In this document: positions 51,301 through 64,000 of the stretch, piece after piece
Layout of the letters: every line of letters begins with the position of its first letter
How positions within the stretch are numbered: the stretch's first letter is position 1
Assembly (NCBI GenBank): GCA_900617105.1
Contig: UYFQ01000381.1
Span: 1 to 64,000, forward strand
DNA length: 64,000 bases
Reading direction: 5' to 3'
Source of the DNA: Hydrurus foetidus
Taxonomy: Eukaryota
The notes under the pieces: model-generated
Databases searched by the model: none
Told to the model about the DNA's origin: nothing
Seen by the model: only the letters and a program-made list of their open reading frames with translations
Program-made: the position numbers and the translations under genes

Positions 51301-53589
51301 TGAGTAAGTAGAAATACATGAGTGAGTAGAGATGCATAAATGAGTATGGTTGTATGAATTTGTATGGATGCATGAGAGTATAGGGATGCATGGGTGAGTA
51401 GAGATGCATGAGTGAGTATGGGTGGATGCATGAGTGAGTATGGATGCATGAGTGAGTATGGCTGGATGCATGAGTGAGTATGGCTGGATGCATGAGTGAG
51501 TATGGCTGGATGCATGAGTGAGTATGGCTGGATGCATGAGAGAGTAGGGATGCATGAGTGAGTAGAGATGCATGAGTGAGTATGGATGCATGAGTTAGTA
51601 TGGCTGGATGCATGAGTGAGTATGGCTGGATGCATGAGTAAGTAGAAATACATGAGTGAGTAGAGATGCATAAATGAGTATGGTTGTATGAATTTGTATG
51701 GATGCATGAGAGTATATGGGATGCATGGGCATGAGTGAGTAGATGCATGAGTGAGTATGGGTGGATGAGTTAGTATGGATGCATGAGTGAGTATGGCTGG
51801 ATGCATGAGAGTATAGGGTTGCATGAGAGTATAGGATTGCATGGGTGAGTAGAGATGCTTGAGTGAGTATGGGTGCATGAATATGGCTGGATGCATGAGT
51901 GAGTATGGCTGGATGCATGAGTGAGTATGGCTGGATGCATGAGTGAGTATGGCTGGATGCATGAGTGAGTAGGGATGCATGAGTGAGTAGAGATGCATGA
52001 GTGAGTATGGCTGGATGCATGAGTTAGTATGGCTGGATGCATGAGTGAGTATGGATGCATGAGTTAGTATGGCTGGATGCATGAGTTAGTATGGCTGGAT
52101 GCATGAGTAAGTAGAAATACATGAGTGAGTAGAGATGCATAAATGAGTATGGTTGTATGAATTTGTATGGATGCATGAGAGTATAGGGATGCATGGGTGA
52201 GTAGAGATGCATGAGTGAGTATGGGTGGATGAGTTAGTATGGCTGGATGCATGAGTGAGTATGGCTGGATGCATGAGAGTATAGGGTTGCATGAGAGTAT
52301 AGGATTGCATGGGTGAGTAGAGATGCTTGAGTGAGTATGGGTGCATGAATATGGCTGGATGCATGAGTGAGTATGGCTGGATGCATGAGTGAGTATGGCT
52401 GGATGCATGAGTGAGTATGGCTGGATGCATGAGAGTATAGGGATGCATGGGTGAGTAGAGATGCATGAGTGAGTATGGATGCATGAGTGAGTATGGATGC
52501 ATGAGTTAGTATGGCTGGATGCATGAGTGAGTATGGCTGGATGCATGAGTGAGTATGGCTGGATGCATGAGAGAGTAGGGATGCATGAGTGAGTATGAGA
52601 TGCATGAGTGAGTATGGATGCATGAGTTAGTATGGCTGGATGCATGAGTTAGTATGGCTGGATGCATGAGTAAGTAGAAATACATGAGTGAGTAGAGATG
52701 CATAAATGAGTATGGTTGTATGAATTTGTATGGATGCATGAGAGTATAGGGATGCATGGGTGAGTAGAGATGCATGAGTGAGTATGGGTGGATGAGTTAG
52801 TATGGCTGGATGCATGAGTGAGTATGGCTGGATGCATGAGAGTATAGGGTTGCATGAGAGTATAGGATTGCATGGGTGAGTAGAGATGCTTGAGTGAGTA
52901 TGGGTGCATGAATATGGCTGGATGCATGAGTGAGTATGGCTGGATGCATGAGTGAGTATGGCTGGATGCATGAGTGAGTATGGCTGGATGCATGAGAGAG
53001 TAGGGATGCATGAGTGAGTAGAGATGCATGAGTGAGTATGGATGCATGAGTGAGTATGGCTGGATGCATGAGTGAGTATGGCTGGATGCATGAGTGAGTA
53101 TGGCTGGATGCATGAGTGTATAGGGATGCATGGGTGAGTAGAGATGCATGAGTGAGTATGGATGCATGAGTGAGTATGGCTGGATGCATGAGTGAGTATG
53201 GCTGGATGCATGAGTAAGTATAAATACATGAGTGAGTAGATGCATGAGTGAGTATGGTTGTATGAATTTGTATGGATGCATGAGAGTATAGGGATGCATG
53301 GGTGAGTAGAGATGCATGAGTGAGTATGGCTGGATGAGTTAGTATGGCTGGATGCATGAGTGAGTATGGCTGGATGCATGAGAGTATAGGGTTGCATGAG
53401 AGTATAGGATTGCATGGGTGAGTAGAGATGCTTGAGTGAGTATGGGTGCATGAATATGGCTGGATGCATGAGTGAGTATGGCTGGATGCATGAGTGAGTA
53501 TGGCTGGATGCATGAGTGAGTATGGCTGGATGCATGAGAGAGTAGGGATGCATGGGTGAGTAGAGATGCATGAGTGAGTATGGATGCAT
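36320..53589. repeat. Satellite array, left block: 18-bp GATGCATGAGTGAGTATG and 22-bp GATGCATGAGTGAGTATGGCTG monomers in a roughly 380-420-bp higher-order repeat
   Basis: Continuous tandem array; the marker variant GTAAGTAGAAATAC recurs at about 39545, 39943, 40319, 40699, 41079, 41488 and 41890. Confidence 0.98.
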
Positions 53590-56500
53590 TGTAGCCTTAT
53601 TGCATTCCTAAGGGGATACAATGTGTCTAGGTTAACTAGGTACAATAGGTATACTACGCCCAGATTCCACTTTTAGGTCTTAGTTCTATGTATGATGTGA
53701 GTGCACTAGCGTACACATCACTTGTATATATTCAACTGTAAGATATTAACATAAGTCTTCTCTACCGACTTCCGCTTCCTCTTGCTCCACCGCTTGCCCA
53801 CCGTACCAGCCACCAACAGCTCCGACGTCCTAGGCCCCACCGTCGACCACAATATCGATATTTGGTCTCCTACCAAAGTTTTTTCTTGAGAATTTTCTTC
53901 TCAAACTTATTTTATTCGTCTTCATTCTCCGACATCCGACATATTATGGCGCTCCGACGTCAGGGAAACAAGACCACCTCCATCAACACTTTGCGACGAC
54001 AACAGCAGCCACCTCGAGCTGTTGCCGTCGCGTTCCGACAACGCTACGACGAGCATCATAATCGTGGGGAGATATTTTCGAGTCTCCTGGGCCACCTGCG
54101 GCTCAGGACCCCGCCGGCGACCTGTCTGCACCGATTCCTCAGCGGAATTCGGAGCCTGCGGTCATGTCTGCCATTGATGTCCCTGTCATTTCTGCGTTGA
54201 ATGCTTTATCATTGCAACCAGCTTCGGCTGAGACACCAGCTTCGGCTGAGATACCAGCTTCGGCTGAGATACCAGATTCGTCTGCGACACCAGCCTCGGC
54301 TGAGATTCCACGTTCGATGGCACCACCTCAGCACTATGTGCAGACGGGTGAGAGAGCTCCTAAGTTGAGCGCCATGCCCTCTCGACAGGAAGTCTTACGA
54401 GTTACGGAGGTTCTACTTTCAAATGGAACTCCGTTTCGACCAATTGATGTCGTTCATGCTTCAAACCATCAATCGTTCACAACGCTTCTCAAGCGTAAAT
54501 TCGCGACGAATCCAACTCGTCGTGATGCGTGTAACGGTTGGAAGCATTGGACGAATCAAATGTTTTGTAGAGAATTAAATATCACAATTCCTACATCAGC
54601 TGTCAATCGTACTGACAAGCTGAGTTTCATTGAAACAGTTTCTCAGGTCCCACTTCAATTCGACCTGAAGAACAAATCAGTTGAAGATAAGACAGATCAA
54701 CTTTTAGCTGATATTGTTGATGCCTTCCCTGATGTGACACCTGCTCTCCAACTTCAGGCAACAAAAATTCTCATTGAGAAGTTGCCAGTCGAACCTGTCA
54801 ATTGGAGAGCAGTGTTACAACGTTGTCTTGACGACACTACGCCTAGACTCATCACGATCGAAGATTTTCGATTCGTATGGCTGGCGCAGTTAGCAAAACT
54901 TCGTGAATCAATTGATGCTTTGCGTTTCATTGATGTCACACCTTTGTATGGCAGTAACTCTCGCCAGATTAAAGCCCAACCTCGTTCTTCACTTGATTCG
55001 CAAATCAAAAAGCGTCAACGTGAAGACGAGCAATCTGTGCAGGCTGAAAAGTCTGATAGGCCTCCACGACCTATGTGCACAGGTTGTGGGAGACTCGGCC
55101 ATGTAGTCGCCACGTGTTTCTACACTTCGTCTCCGTACTATAACAGTACAGACGCTCCCTATCTCAACTCTGAGGGTCATAAGCAGTTGTTGAAAGTTGA
55201 TCCGAAGGCTCAGTTCATTCCGACTTTGCCTAAGACAACCTCTTCTTCGTCTTCTTCCTCCTCCTCTTCTTCGTCAAGGTCTGCTACTTCAACAGCAGAT
55301 TCGACACATCCTTCGAAGAAACACAAAGGTGAGCAACTATGCAATCTCAACTCATCATCTACTCTCTCCGATGATCCAGAGCTGATCCCTTTCTACATCT
55401 CTCCTCTTTCACAGGAGCCGTTGTTGGAAAAAGTGATAGAGTATTTACTCTTCTGGACACCGGCTCTTTTGCTGGCAATTTTGTCAATCGCCGCATTATA
55501 ATTTCTCATAAACTAACACAATTTATAACTAAAACTAATAATAAATTGTGTAGAGTTTGTAGTGGATTAGATAATCATTGTTATGATATCTCTGATACTA
55601 TAGACTTAACTTTATCTTCTTTTGCCATGATTTAAATAATTACTATACTTTTCCAATCACGGCTTATATTTTAGAAGATTCTAAATTTGATCTAGTAGTG
55701 GGACGTAAAACAATTCGTCAATTGAATTTGTTTTCACGATTCCCGGATCAAATATCCGCCAATGCTTCATCAGGCACTGTTCCGTTGGAAGAAGTTTTAA
55801 CTTCTGAAGATGTGGACGTAACGTGTGGCTGCTTGCCTAAGGAGAATTTGCAACCCTCCGAAGGCTCCCCAAAAGTGGATCCTTTAACCCAAAAGGTGAA
55901 ACCGGCAGTCACCCAAACACACGTTATTCTAGCCTCGCTGATTCAAGAGTCAGAAAGACTCTTTGGAGCAGTACCACCTGATGAAGACGAAATCGACGAC
56001 TCGATCAAGGACTCGTTTTCACCTTGGATGGATGAATTTCCTGCTTCAGATCCACTCTCGCTAATACACATAGCAGGTGATGAAGAGCAGAAAAACAAAT
56101 TACGTATACTAGTACACGAATTTGAGGATATATTTAGCAGTGAACTATCACAAACTCCTGCTGATATTCCACCTTTTGACTTTAATGTCAATGATACTAA
56201 ATGGAAAGTACCTAAGAATAGGCAACCTCCATGGACAAAATCAAATGTTGATCAAGCTGACATCTTAAGTCAAATAACAAAGCTTGAAAAACATAAAATT
56301 GTCGAAAAATCAAACGCGGCATATTATAGCCAAGTTTTGTTAGTTCCTAAATCAGATGGAACTAAGCGTATGTGTATAGATTTTCGGAACTTAAATAACT
56401 GTACCGAAGATACATCACATCCTATTCCACACATCGGTGAGATGTTGCGTCGAATAGGTGCACATGGAGCAAAAGTATTTGCTGTACTTGACCTTACTCA

Positions 56501-59306
56501 AGGATATCATCAAGCACCACTTACACTCGCTGCACGTGCTTATACTGCATTCATACTATTCTGCGGTGTATATCAATTTACTCGTTTACCTTTTGGGCCT
56601 AAACAAGCTCCCTCCTACTTCCAACAGATCATGACGACTGTTGTGTTAGCAGGGTTGATATACTCCATATGCGAAATGTATATTGATGATTGCAATGTAT
56701 TCGGTAAAGACATTGATGAACTCATTGCGAGACTTCGTCTTGTTTTTGAACGCTTTAGAAAACACAAAATATTCCTTAAACCGAATAAGTGTTATCTTGG
56801 CTACGCCGAAATAGACTATGTTGGCAAAGTTCTTTCTGCTGAAGGACTAAGAATGTCACAAGAAAAATACGGAATGTCTTAGATTTTCCTAAACCAGTAC
56901 TATCTAAACAACTTAAAAGTTTTTAGGATTGGTTAATTATTTTCACGATTTTGTTAGAAACGCTTCAACTGTTGTATATCCAATGAACCAGTTGTTGCTT
57001 AACTACAATAAATATAAGAAAATAACATGGACAATAGAAGCTCTTCGAGCATTCAATTTGATCAAATCTGAGATTTCTAAATGCACGACTATGCACTTTC
57101 TAAGTGACACCGATCCGATTTACTTGCACACTGATGCATCGGACTATGGTGTAGGTGCCTATCTTTTCCAGTTAGTTGACGGAAAGGAGACGCCCATAGC
57201 ATTTGTTAGTAAGTCACTCAACAAAGCTCAGCTTCGTTGGGCTGTCATACAGAAAGAAGCATATGCTATCTTTTATGCGTGCACGTATTTAAAATCGCTA
57301 TTACGTGATCGTACGTTTACATTACGTACAGACCATCGTAACTTGTTATACATAAAGGAAAATTCAAATCCAATGATAGTCAGATGGTTTATGGCCTTAT
57401 CTGAATATTCATTTAACATTGAATATATTCCTGGACCTAACAATAACATAGCTGATTCGATGTCTCGACTCTGTCGCAATAACATGGTTGATTTTCCTCA
57501 GGAATATACTCCTGATGCAATCATGTCTGCTAATACTATTGAAAAATTTAAACTAACACGTGAGCAGTATGACAAAATCAGTGAACTGCATAATTCACAA
57601 GTTGGTCATTTCGGCCTCGAGCGTACTATAAAACGTCTCAGAGATAGAAATGAAAATTGGCAATATATGCGACAGCATGTCAGGTACTTCATAGATCACT
57701 GTTCGTGTTGTCAGAAGATGAGTATGTTAAAGATACCAATACATGCTCATGGCTTCTCGACTTCTACTTACACACCTATGGAATGCCTAAACATAGACTT
57801 CATAGGACCGTTTCCAGACGGCGGGTACGTACTCGTAATTATCGATACGTTCACAAGATGGGTTGAACTGTTTCACACAGAAGATGCTACTGCACTTTCA
57901 ACAGCTAAATGCCTCTTGCAACATTTCGGTCGTTTCGGCGCACCTCTTCAACTCCGTTCTGATAATGGGCCACACTTCATTTCCGAAGTAATCAAAGAGT
58001 TTCTAACTCTGATTGGCACTCAACATTGTCTTACTTTAGCATACTCTAAAGAAGAAAATGCTATTGTTGAGCGCATGAATAAAGAAGTTAATAGACATCT
58101 TCGTGCATTAACTTATGATAATGTCACATTAGAAGACTATAAAACATCACTTCCATTTGTGCAAAGAATTATAAATTCTAATCACAGTGATCGTTTGAAG
58201 ATATCAGCTTCACAACTTCTTTTCGGAAATGTACTTAAACTCGACAGAGGTATCTTTTTACCTCCTGCTGAGCGAAACGTTACTGATGACAAACCTTTGT
58301 CAAAACGATTAAGCAATCTAATCAAAACACAAGATAGTCTTCTGAAAGCTTCTGCTAAAGAACTTCTTCGTACAGATTTGCTGCATCAAAGTCAGTCTCA
58401 AGTTTCTCAACATGTAGAGTATCCGAAGGACTCATATGTTCTTGTGCACTATCGCGATGGCTCTCCTCCTTCACGCCTTCATACGCATTGGAGAGGTCCA
58501 TTAAAAGTCGTTAGTGGCGAAAATTCGCGTTACACACTATATGATTTAGTCACTCAGAAAACTTCAGAGTTTCATGTATCTGCAATGAAACCGTTTCTAT
58601 TTGACCCTTCAATCACAAATCCGTTGGATGTTGCACGACGTGATCACATGGAATACTTTGTTGAAGAGATTCTGGATCATCGTGGCAAACACCAACGTAC
58701 CCACATAGAGTTTTTAGTCAAATGGTTGAACTACCCTTCTGACAAAAACACTTGGGAACCTTACTCAAGTCTTCGTGATGTTGATAAACTTCATGATTAT
58801 TTACGTCATAATAACATGACTAAATTAATCAATAAACAACATCGATGACTTAATATATTTGAAACTTTATCCATGAGGATTCTCTCCTATTTTTTTTACC
58901 TATGGGTCTTTTTTTGGAGAGTTTAGTCAGTAAAAGTCTGACATAATCGTTTCACTTATATCTCATTTATATATATGTTTTACATATCTTCTTTTTCTTT
59001 TTTTATATATCATCAAAGATCTTCAAAAAAGGAAGAAGGGGTAGTGTAGCCTTATTGCATTCCTAAGGGGATACAATGTGTCTAGGTTAACTAGGTACAA
59101 TAGGTATACTACGCCCAGATTCCACTTTTAGGTCTTAGTTCTATGTATGATGTGAGTGCACTAGCGTACACATCACTTGTATATATTCAACTGTAAGATA
59201 TTAACATAAGTCTTCTCTACCGACTTCCGCTTCCTCTTGCTCCACCGCTTGCCCACCGTACCAGCCACCAACAGCTCCGACGTCCTAGGCCCCACCGTCG
59301 ACCACA
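53590..59306 (+). mobile_element. Full-length young Ty3/Gypsy chromovirus (Gypsy-2) inserted in the satellite
   Basis: Identical 262-bp LTRs 53590-53851 and 59045-59306; 4-bp TSD GCAT; PPT AAAAAAGGAAGAAGGGGTAG. Confidence 0.98.
53946..58848 (+). CDS. Gypsy-2 Gag-Pol (several apparent 1-nt frameshifts in this assembly)
   Basis: PASAE repeats, CTGCGRLGHVVATC knuckle, LLDTGS protease (alternate frame near 55450), YIDD RT, TDASDYG RNase H, integrase, FLVKWLNY..TWEP chromodomain; closely similar to Gypsy-1 Pol. Confidence 0.9.
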
Positions 59307-62300
59307 GCATGAGTTAGTATGGCTGGATGCATGAGTGAGTATGGCTGGATGCATGAGTGAGTATGGCTGGATGCATGAGAGAGTAGGGATGCATGGGTGA
59401 GTAGAGATGCATGAGTGAGTATGGATGCATGAGTTAGTATGGCTGGATGCATGAGTGAGTATGGCTGGATGCATGAGTAAGTAGAAATACATGAGTGAGT
59501 AGAGATGCATAAATGAGTATGGTTGTATGAATTTGTATGGATGCATGAGAGTATAGGGATGCATGGGTGAGTAGAGATGCATGAGTGAGTATGGGTGGAT
59601 GAGTTAGTATGGCTGGATGCATGAGTGAGTATGGCTGGATGCATGAGAGTATAGGGTTGCATGAGAGTATAGGATTGCATGGGTGAGTAGAGATGCTTGA
59701 GTGAGTATGGGTGCATGAATATGGCTGGATGCATGAGTGAGTATGGCTGGATGCATGAGTGAGTATGGCTGGATGCATGAGTGAGTATGGCTGGATGCAT
59801 GAGAGTATAGGGTTGCATCGGTGAGTATGGCTGGATGCATGAGTGAGTATGGATGCATGAGTGAGTATGGCTGGATGCATGAGTTAGTATGGCTGGATGC
59901 ATGAGTAAGTAGAAATACATGAGTGAGTAGAGATGCATAAATGAGTATGGTTGTATGAATTTGTATGGATGCATGAGTATAGGGATGCATGGGTGAGTAG
60001 AGATGCATGAGTGAGTATGGATGCATGAGTGAGTATGGCTGGATGCATGAGTGAGTATGGCTGGATGCATGAGAGTATAGGGTTGCATCGGTGAGTATGG
60101 CTGGATGCATGAGTGAGTATGGCTGGATGCATGAGTGAGTATGGCTGGATGCATGAGTGAGTATGGCTGGATGCATGAGTGAGTATGGCTGGATGCATGA
60201 GTGAGTATGGCTGGATGCATGAGTGAGTATGGCTGGATGCATGAGAGAGTAGGGATGCATGAGAGTATAGCTGGATGCATGAGTGAGTATGGATGCATGA
60301 GTTAGTATGGCTGGATGCATGAGTTAGTATGGCTGGATGCATGAGTAAGTAGAAATACATGAGTGAGTAGAGATGCATAAATGAGTATGGTTGTATGAAT
60401 TTGTATGGATGCATGAGAGTATAGGGATGCATGGGTGAGTAGAGATGCATGAGTGAGTATGGATGCATGAGTGAGTATGGATGCATGAGTGAGTATGGCT
60501 GGTTGAGTGAGTATGGCTGGATGCATGAGAGTATAGGGTTGCATGAGAGTAGGATTGCATGGGTGAGTAGAGATGCTTGAGTGAGTATGGGTGCATGAAT
60601 ATGGCTGGATGCATGAGTGAGTATGGCTGGATGCATGAGTGAGTATGGCTGGATGCATGAGTGAGTATGGCTGGATGCATGAGTGAGTAGGGATGCATGA
60701 GTGAGTATGGGTGGATGAGTGAGTATGGGTGGATGAGTGAGTATGGATGCATGAGTTAGTATGGCTGGATGCATGAGTTAGTATGGCTGGATGCATGAGA
60801 GTATAGGGATGCATGAGTGAGTAGAGATGCATAAATGAGTATGGTTGTATGAATTTGTATGGATGCATGAGAGTATATGGATGCATGGGTGAGTAGAGGT
60901 GCATGAGTGAGTATGGGTGGATGAGTTAGTATGGATGCATGAGTGAGTATGGCTGGATGCATGAGTATAGGGTTGCATGAGAGTATAGGTTGCATGGGTG
61001 AGTAGAGATGCTTGAGTGAGTATGGGTGCATGAATATGGCTGGATGCATGAGTGAGTATGGCTGGATGCATGAGTGAGTATGGCTGGATGCATGAGAGAG
61101 TAGGGATGCATGGGTGAGTAGAGATGCATGAGTGAGTATGGATGCATGAGTTAGTATGGCTGGATGCATGAGTTAGTATGGCTGGATGCATGAGTAAGTA
61201 GAAATACATGAGTGAGTAGAGATGCATAAATGAGTATGGTTGTATGAATTTGTATGGATGCATGAGAGTATAGGGATGCATGGGTGAGTAGAGATGCATG
61301 AGTGAGTATGGATGGATGAGTTAGTATGGATGCATGAGTGAGTATGGCTGGATGCATGAGAGTATAGGGTTGCATGAGAGTATAGGTTGCATGGGTGAGT
61401 AGAGATGCTTGAGTGAGTATGGGTGCATGAATATGGCTGGATGCATGAGTGAGTATGGCTGGATGCATGAGTGAGTATGGCTGGATGCATGAGAGTAGGG
61501 ATGCATGGGTGAGAGTAGAGATGCATGAGTGAGTATGGATGCATGAGTGAGTATGGCTGGATGCATGAGTTAGTATGGCTGGATGCATGAGTGAGTATGG
61601 GTGGATGAGTGAGTATGGATGCATGAGTGAGTAGGATGCATGAGTGAGTATGGTTGTATGAATTTGTATGGATGCATGAGTGAGTATGGGTGGATGCATG
61701 GGTGAGTAGAGATGCATGAGTGAGTATGGGTGGATGAGTTAGTATGGCTGGATGCATGAGTGAGTATGGCTGGATGCATGAGAGTATAGGGTTGCATGAG
61801 AGTATAGGATTGCATGGGTGAGTAGAGATGCTTGAGTGAGTATGGGTGCATGAATGAGTATGGCTGGATGCATGAGTGAGTATGGCTGGATGCATGAGTG
61901 AGTATGGCTGGATGCATGAGTGAGTATGGCTGGATGCATGAGAGAGTAGGGATGCATGGGTGAGTAGAGATGCATGAGTGAGTATGGATGCATGAGTTAG
62001 TATGGCTGGATGCATGAGTTAGTATGGCTGGATGCATGAGTAAGTAGAAATACATGAGTGAGTAGAGATGCATAAATGAGTATGGTTGTATGAATTTGTA
62101 TGGATGCATGAGAGTATAGGGATGCATGGGTGAGTAGAGATGCATGAGTGAGTATGGGTGGATGAGTTAGTATGGATGCATGAGTGAGTATGGCTGGATG
62201 CATGAGTGAGTATGGCTGGATGCATGAGTGAGTATGGCTGGATGCATGGGTGAGTATGGCTGGATGCATGAGTGAGTATGGATGCATGAGTGAGTATGGC

Positions 62301-64000
62301 TGGATGCATGAGTGAGTATGGCTGGATGCATGAGTGAGTAGAGATGCATGAGTGAGTATGGATGCATGAGTTAGTATGGCTGGATGCATGAGTTAGTATG
62401 GCTGGATGCATGAGTAAGTAGAAATACATGAGTGAGTAGAGATGCATAAATGAGTATGGTTGTATGAATTTGTATGGATGCATGAGAGTATAGGGATGCA
62501 TGGGTGAGTAGAGATGCATGAGTGAGTATGGGTGGATGAGTGAGTATGGCTGGATGCATGAGTGAGTATGGCTGGATGCATGAGAGTATAGGGTTGCATG
62601 AGAGTATAGGTTGCATGGGTGAGTAGAGATGCTTGAGTGAGTATGGGTGCATGAATATGGCTGGATGCATGAGTGAGTATGGCTGGATGCATGAGTGAGT
62701 ATGGCTGGATGCATGAGTGAGTATGGCTGGATGCATGAGAGAGTAGGGATGCATGGGTGAGTAGAGATGCATGAGTGAGTATGGATGCATGAGTGAGTAT
62801 GGCTGGATGCATGAGTTAGTATGGCTGGATGCATGAGTAAGTAGAAATACATGAGTGAGTAGAGATGCATAAATGAGTATGGTTGTATGAATTTGTATGG
62901 ATGCATGAGAGTATAGGGATGCATGGGTGAGTAGAGATGCATGAGTGAGTATGGGTGGATGAGTTAGTATGGCTGGATGCATGAGTGAGTATGGCTGGAT
63001 GCATGAGAGTATAGGGTTGCATGAGAGTATAGGATTGCATGGGTGAGTAGAGATGCTTGAGTGAGTATGGGTGCATGAATATGGCTGGATGCATGAGTGA
63101 GTATGGCTGGATGCATGAGTGAGTATGGCTGGATGCATGAGTGAGTAGGGATGCATGGGTGAGTGAGTGCATGAGTGAGTATGGATGCATGAGTTAGTAT
63201 GGCTGGATGCATGAGTTAGTATGGCTGGATGCATGAGTAAGTAGAAATACATGAGTGAGTAGAGATGCATAAATGAGTATGGTTGTATGAATTTGTATGG
63301 ATGCATGAGAGTATAGGGATGCATGGGTGAGTAGAGATGCATGAGTGAGTATGGATGCATGAGTTAGTATGGATGCATGAGTGAGTATGGCTGGATGCAT
63401 GAGAGTATAGGGTTGCATGAGAGTATAGGATTGCATGGGTGAGTAGAGATGCTTGAGTGAGTATGGGTGCATGAATATGGCTGGATGCATGAGTGAGTAT
63501 GGCTGGATGCATGAGTGAGTATGGCTGGATGCATGAGTGAGTATGGCTGGATGCATGAGAGAGTAGGGATGCATGGGTGAGTAGAGATGCATGAGTGAGT
63601 ATGGATGCATGAGTGAGTATGGCTGGATGCATGAGTTAGTATGGCTGGATGCATGAGTAAGTAGAAATACATGAGTGAGTAGAGATGCATAAATGAGTAT
63701 GGTTGTATGAATTTGTATGGATGCATGAGAGTATAGGGATGCATGGGTGAGTAGAGATGCATGAGTGAGTATGGGTGGATGAGTTAGTATGGCTGGATGC
63801 ATGAGTGAGTATGGCTGGATGCATGAGAGTATACGGTTGCATGAGAGTAGGATTGCATGGGTGAGTAGAGATGCTTGAGTGAGTATGGATGCATGAATGA
63901 GTATGGATGCATGAGTGAGTATGGCTGGATGCATGAGTGAGTATGGCTGGATGCATGAGTGAGTAGAGATGCATGAGTGAGTATGGATGCATGAGTTAGT
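59307..64000. repeat. Satellite array, right block (continues past the window end)
   Basis: Same monomers and higher-order repeat; resumes in register after the GCAT TSD. Confidence 0.98.

Noticed and set aside
55500..56930. Frameshifts in Gypsy-2, Gypsy-1 (about 3365 and 3530) and Copia-2 (about 23525) as programmed frameshifts or decay
   Set aside because: Most are 1-nt losses in homopolymers, they are not shared between sister elements, and Gypsy-2 and Copia-2 have identical LTRs. Long-read consensus errors are the simplest explanation.
36104..63992. Dozens of long minus-strand ORFs (MHPYSL/THAS/HSCI repeats)
   Set aside because: These are translations of the satellite. All three frames give the same peptides because monomer lengths shift the frame and that strand rarely contains stops. 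No coding evidence.
36320..64000. CRISPR-like or telomeric array
   Set aside because: No unique spacers and no cas genes, in a eukaryotic context. The monomers are heterogeneous and internal, not a simple telomerase repeat.

Overview
Eukaryotic nuclear DNA with short GT-AG introns. The CoDi-like Copia elements suggest a stramenopile or other protist (inference). Positions 1-36 kb hold compact host genes: a METTL24-like methyltransferase, an Sds3-like gene, an Sfi1-like repeat protein, a 2OG-Fe(II) oxygenase, LSM5, a GDSL/SGNH hydrolase and two hypothetical membrane proteins. These are interleaved with nested transposons: a chromodomain Ty3/Gypsy, two full-length related Ty1/Copia elements with verified 5-bp TSDs, a pogo-family DD35D transposon, a Sola-like non-autonomous element carrying a 740-bp palindromic MITE, a small MITE, and an intron-containing MULE transposase fused to a USP-like protease domain. 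From about 36.3 kb to the window end is a strand-asymmetric 18/22-bp satellite with a roughly 380-420-bp higher-order repeat, interrupted by a young chromovirus with identical LTRs. Most notable: (1) both Copia elements lack a tRNA-type PBS; the 10 nt abutting the 5' LTR are perfectly complementary to a sequence inside their own LTR, the signature of Tf1-like self-priming but in a Copia lineage. (2) Two unrelated DNA transposons sit at the same homologous TA near the outer end of the 5' LTR of the two Copias. (3) Both Gypsy elements carry a positionally conserved small intron-like segment at the gag/protease junction that would switch between Gag and Gag-Pol. All calls are by eye; no database searches were run.
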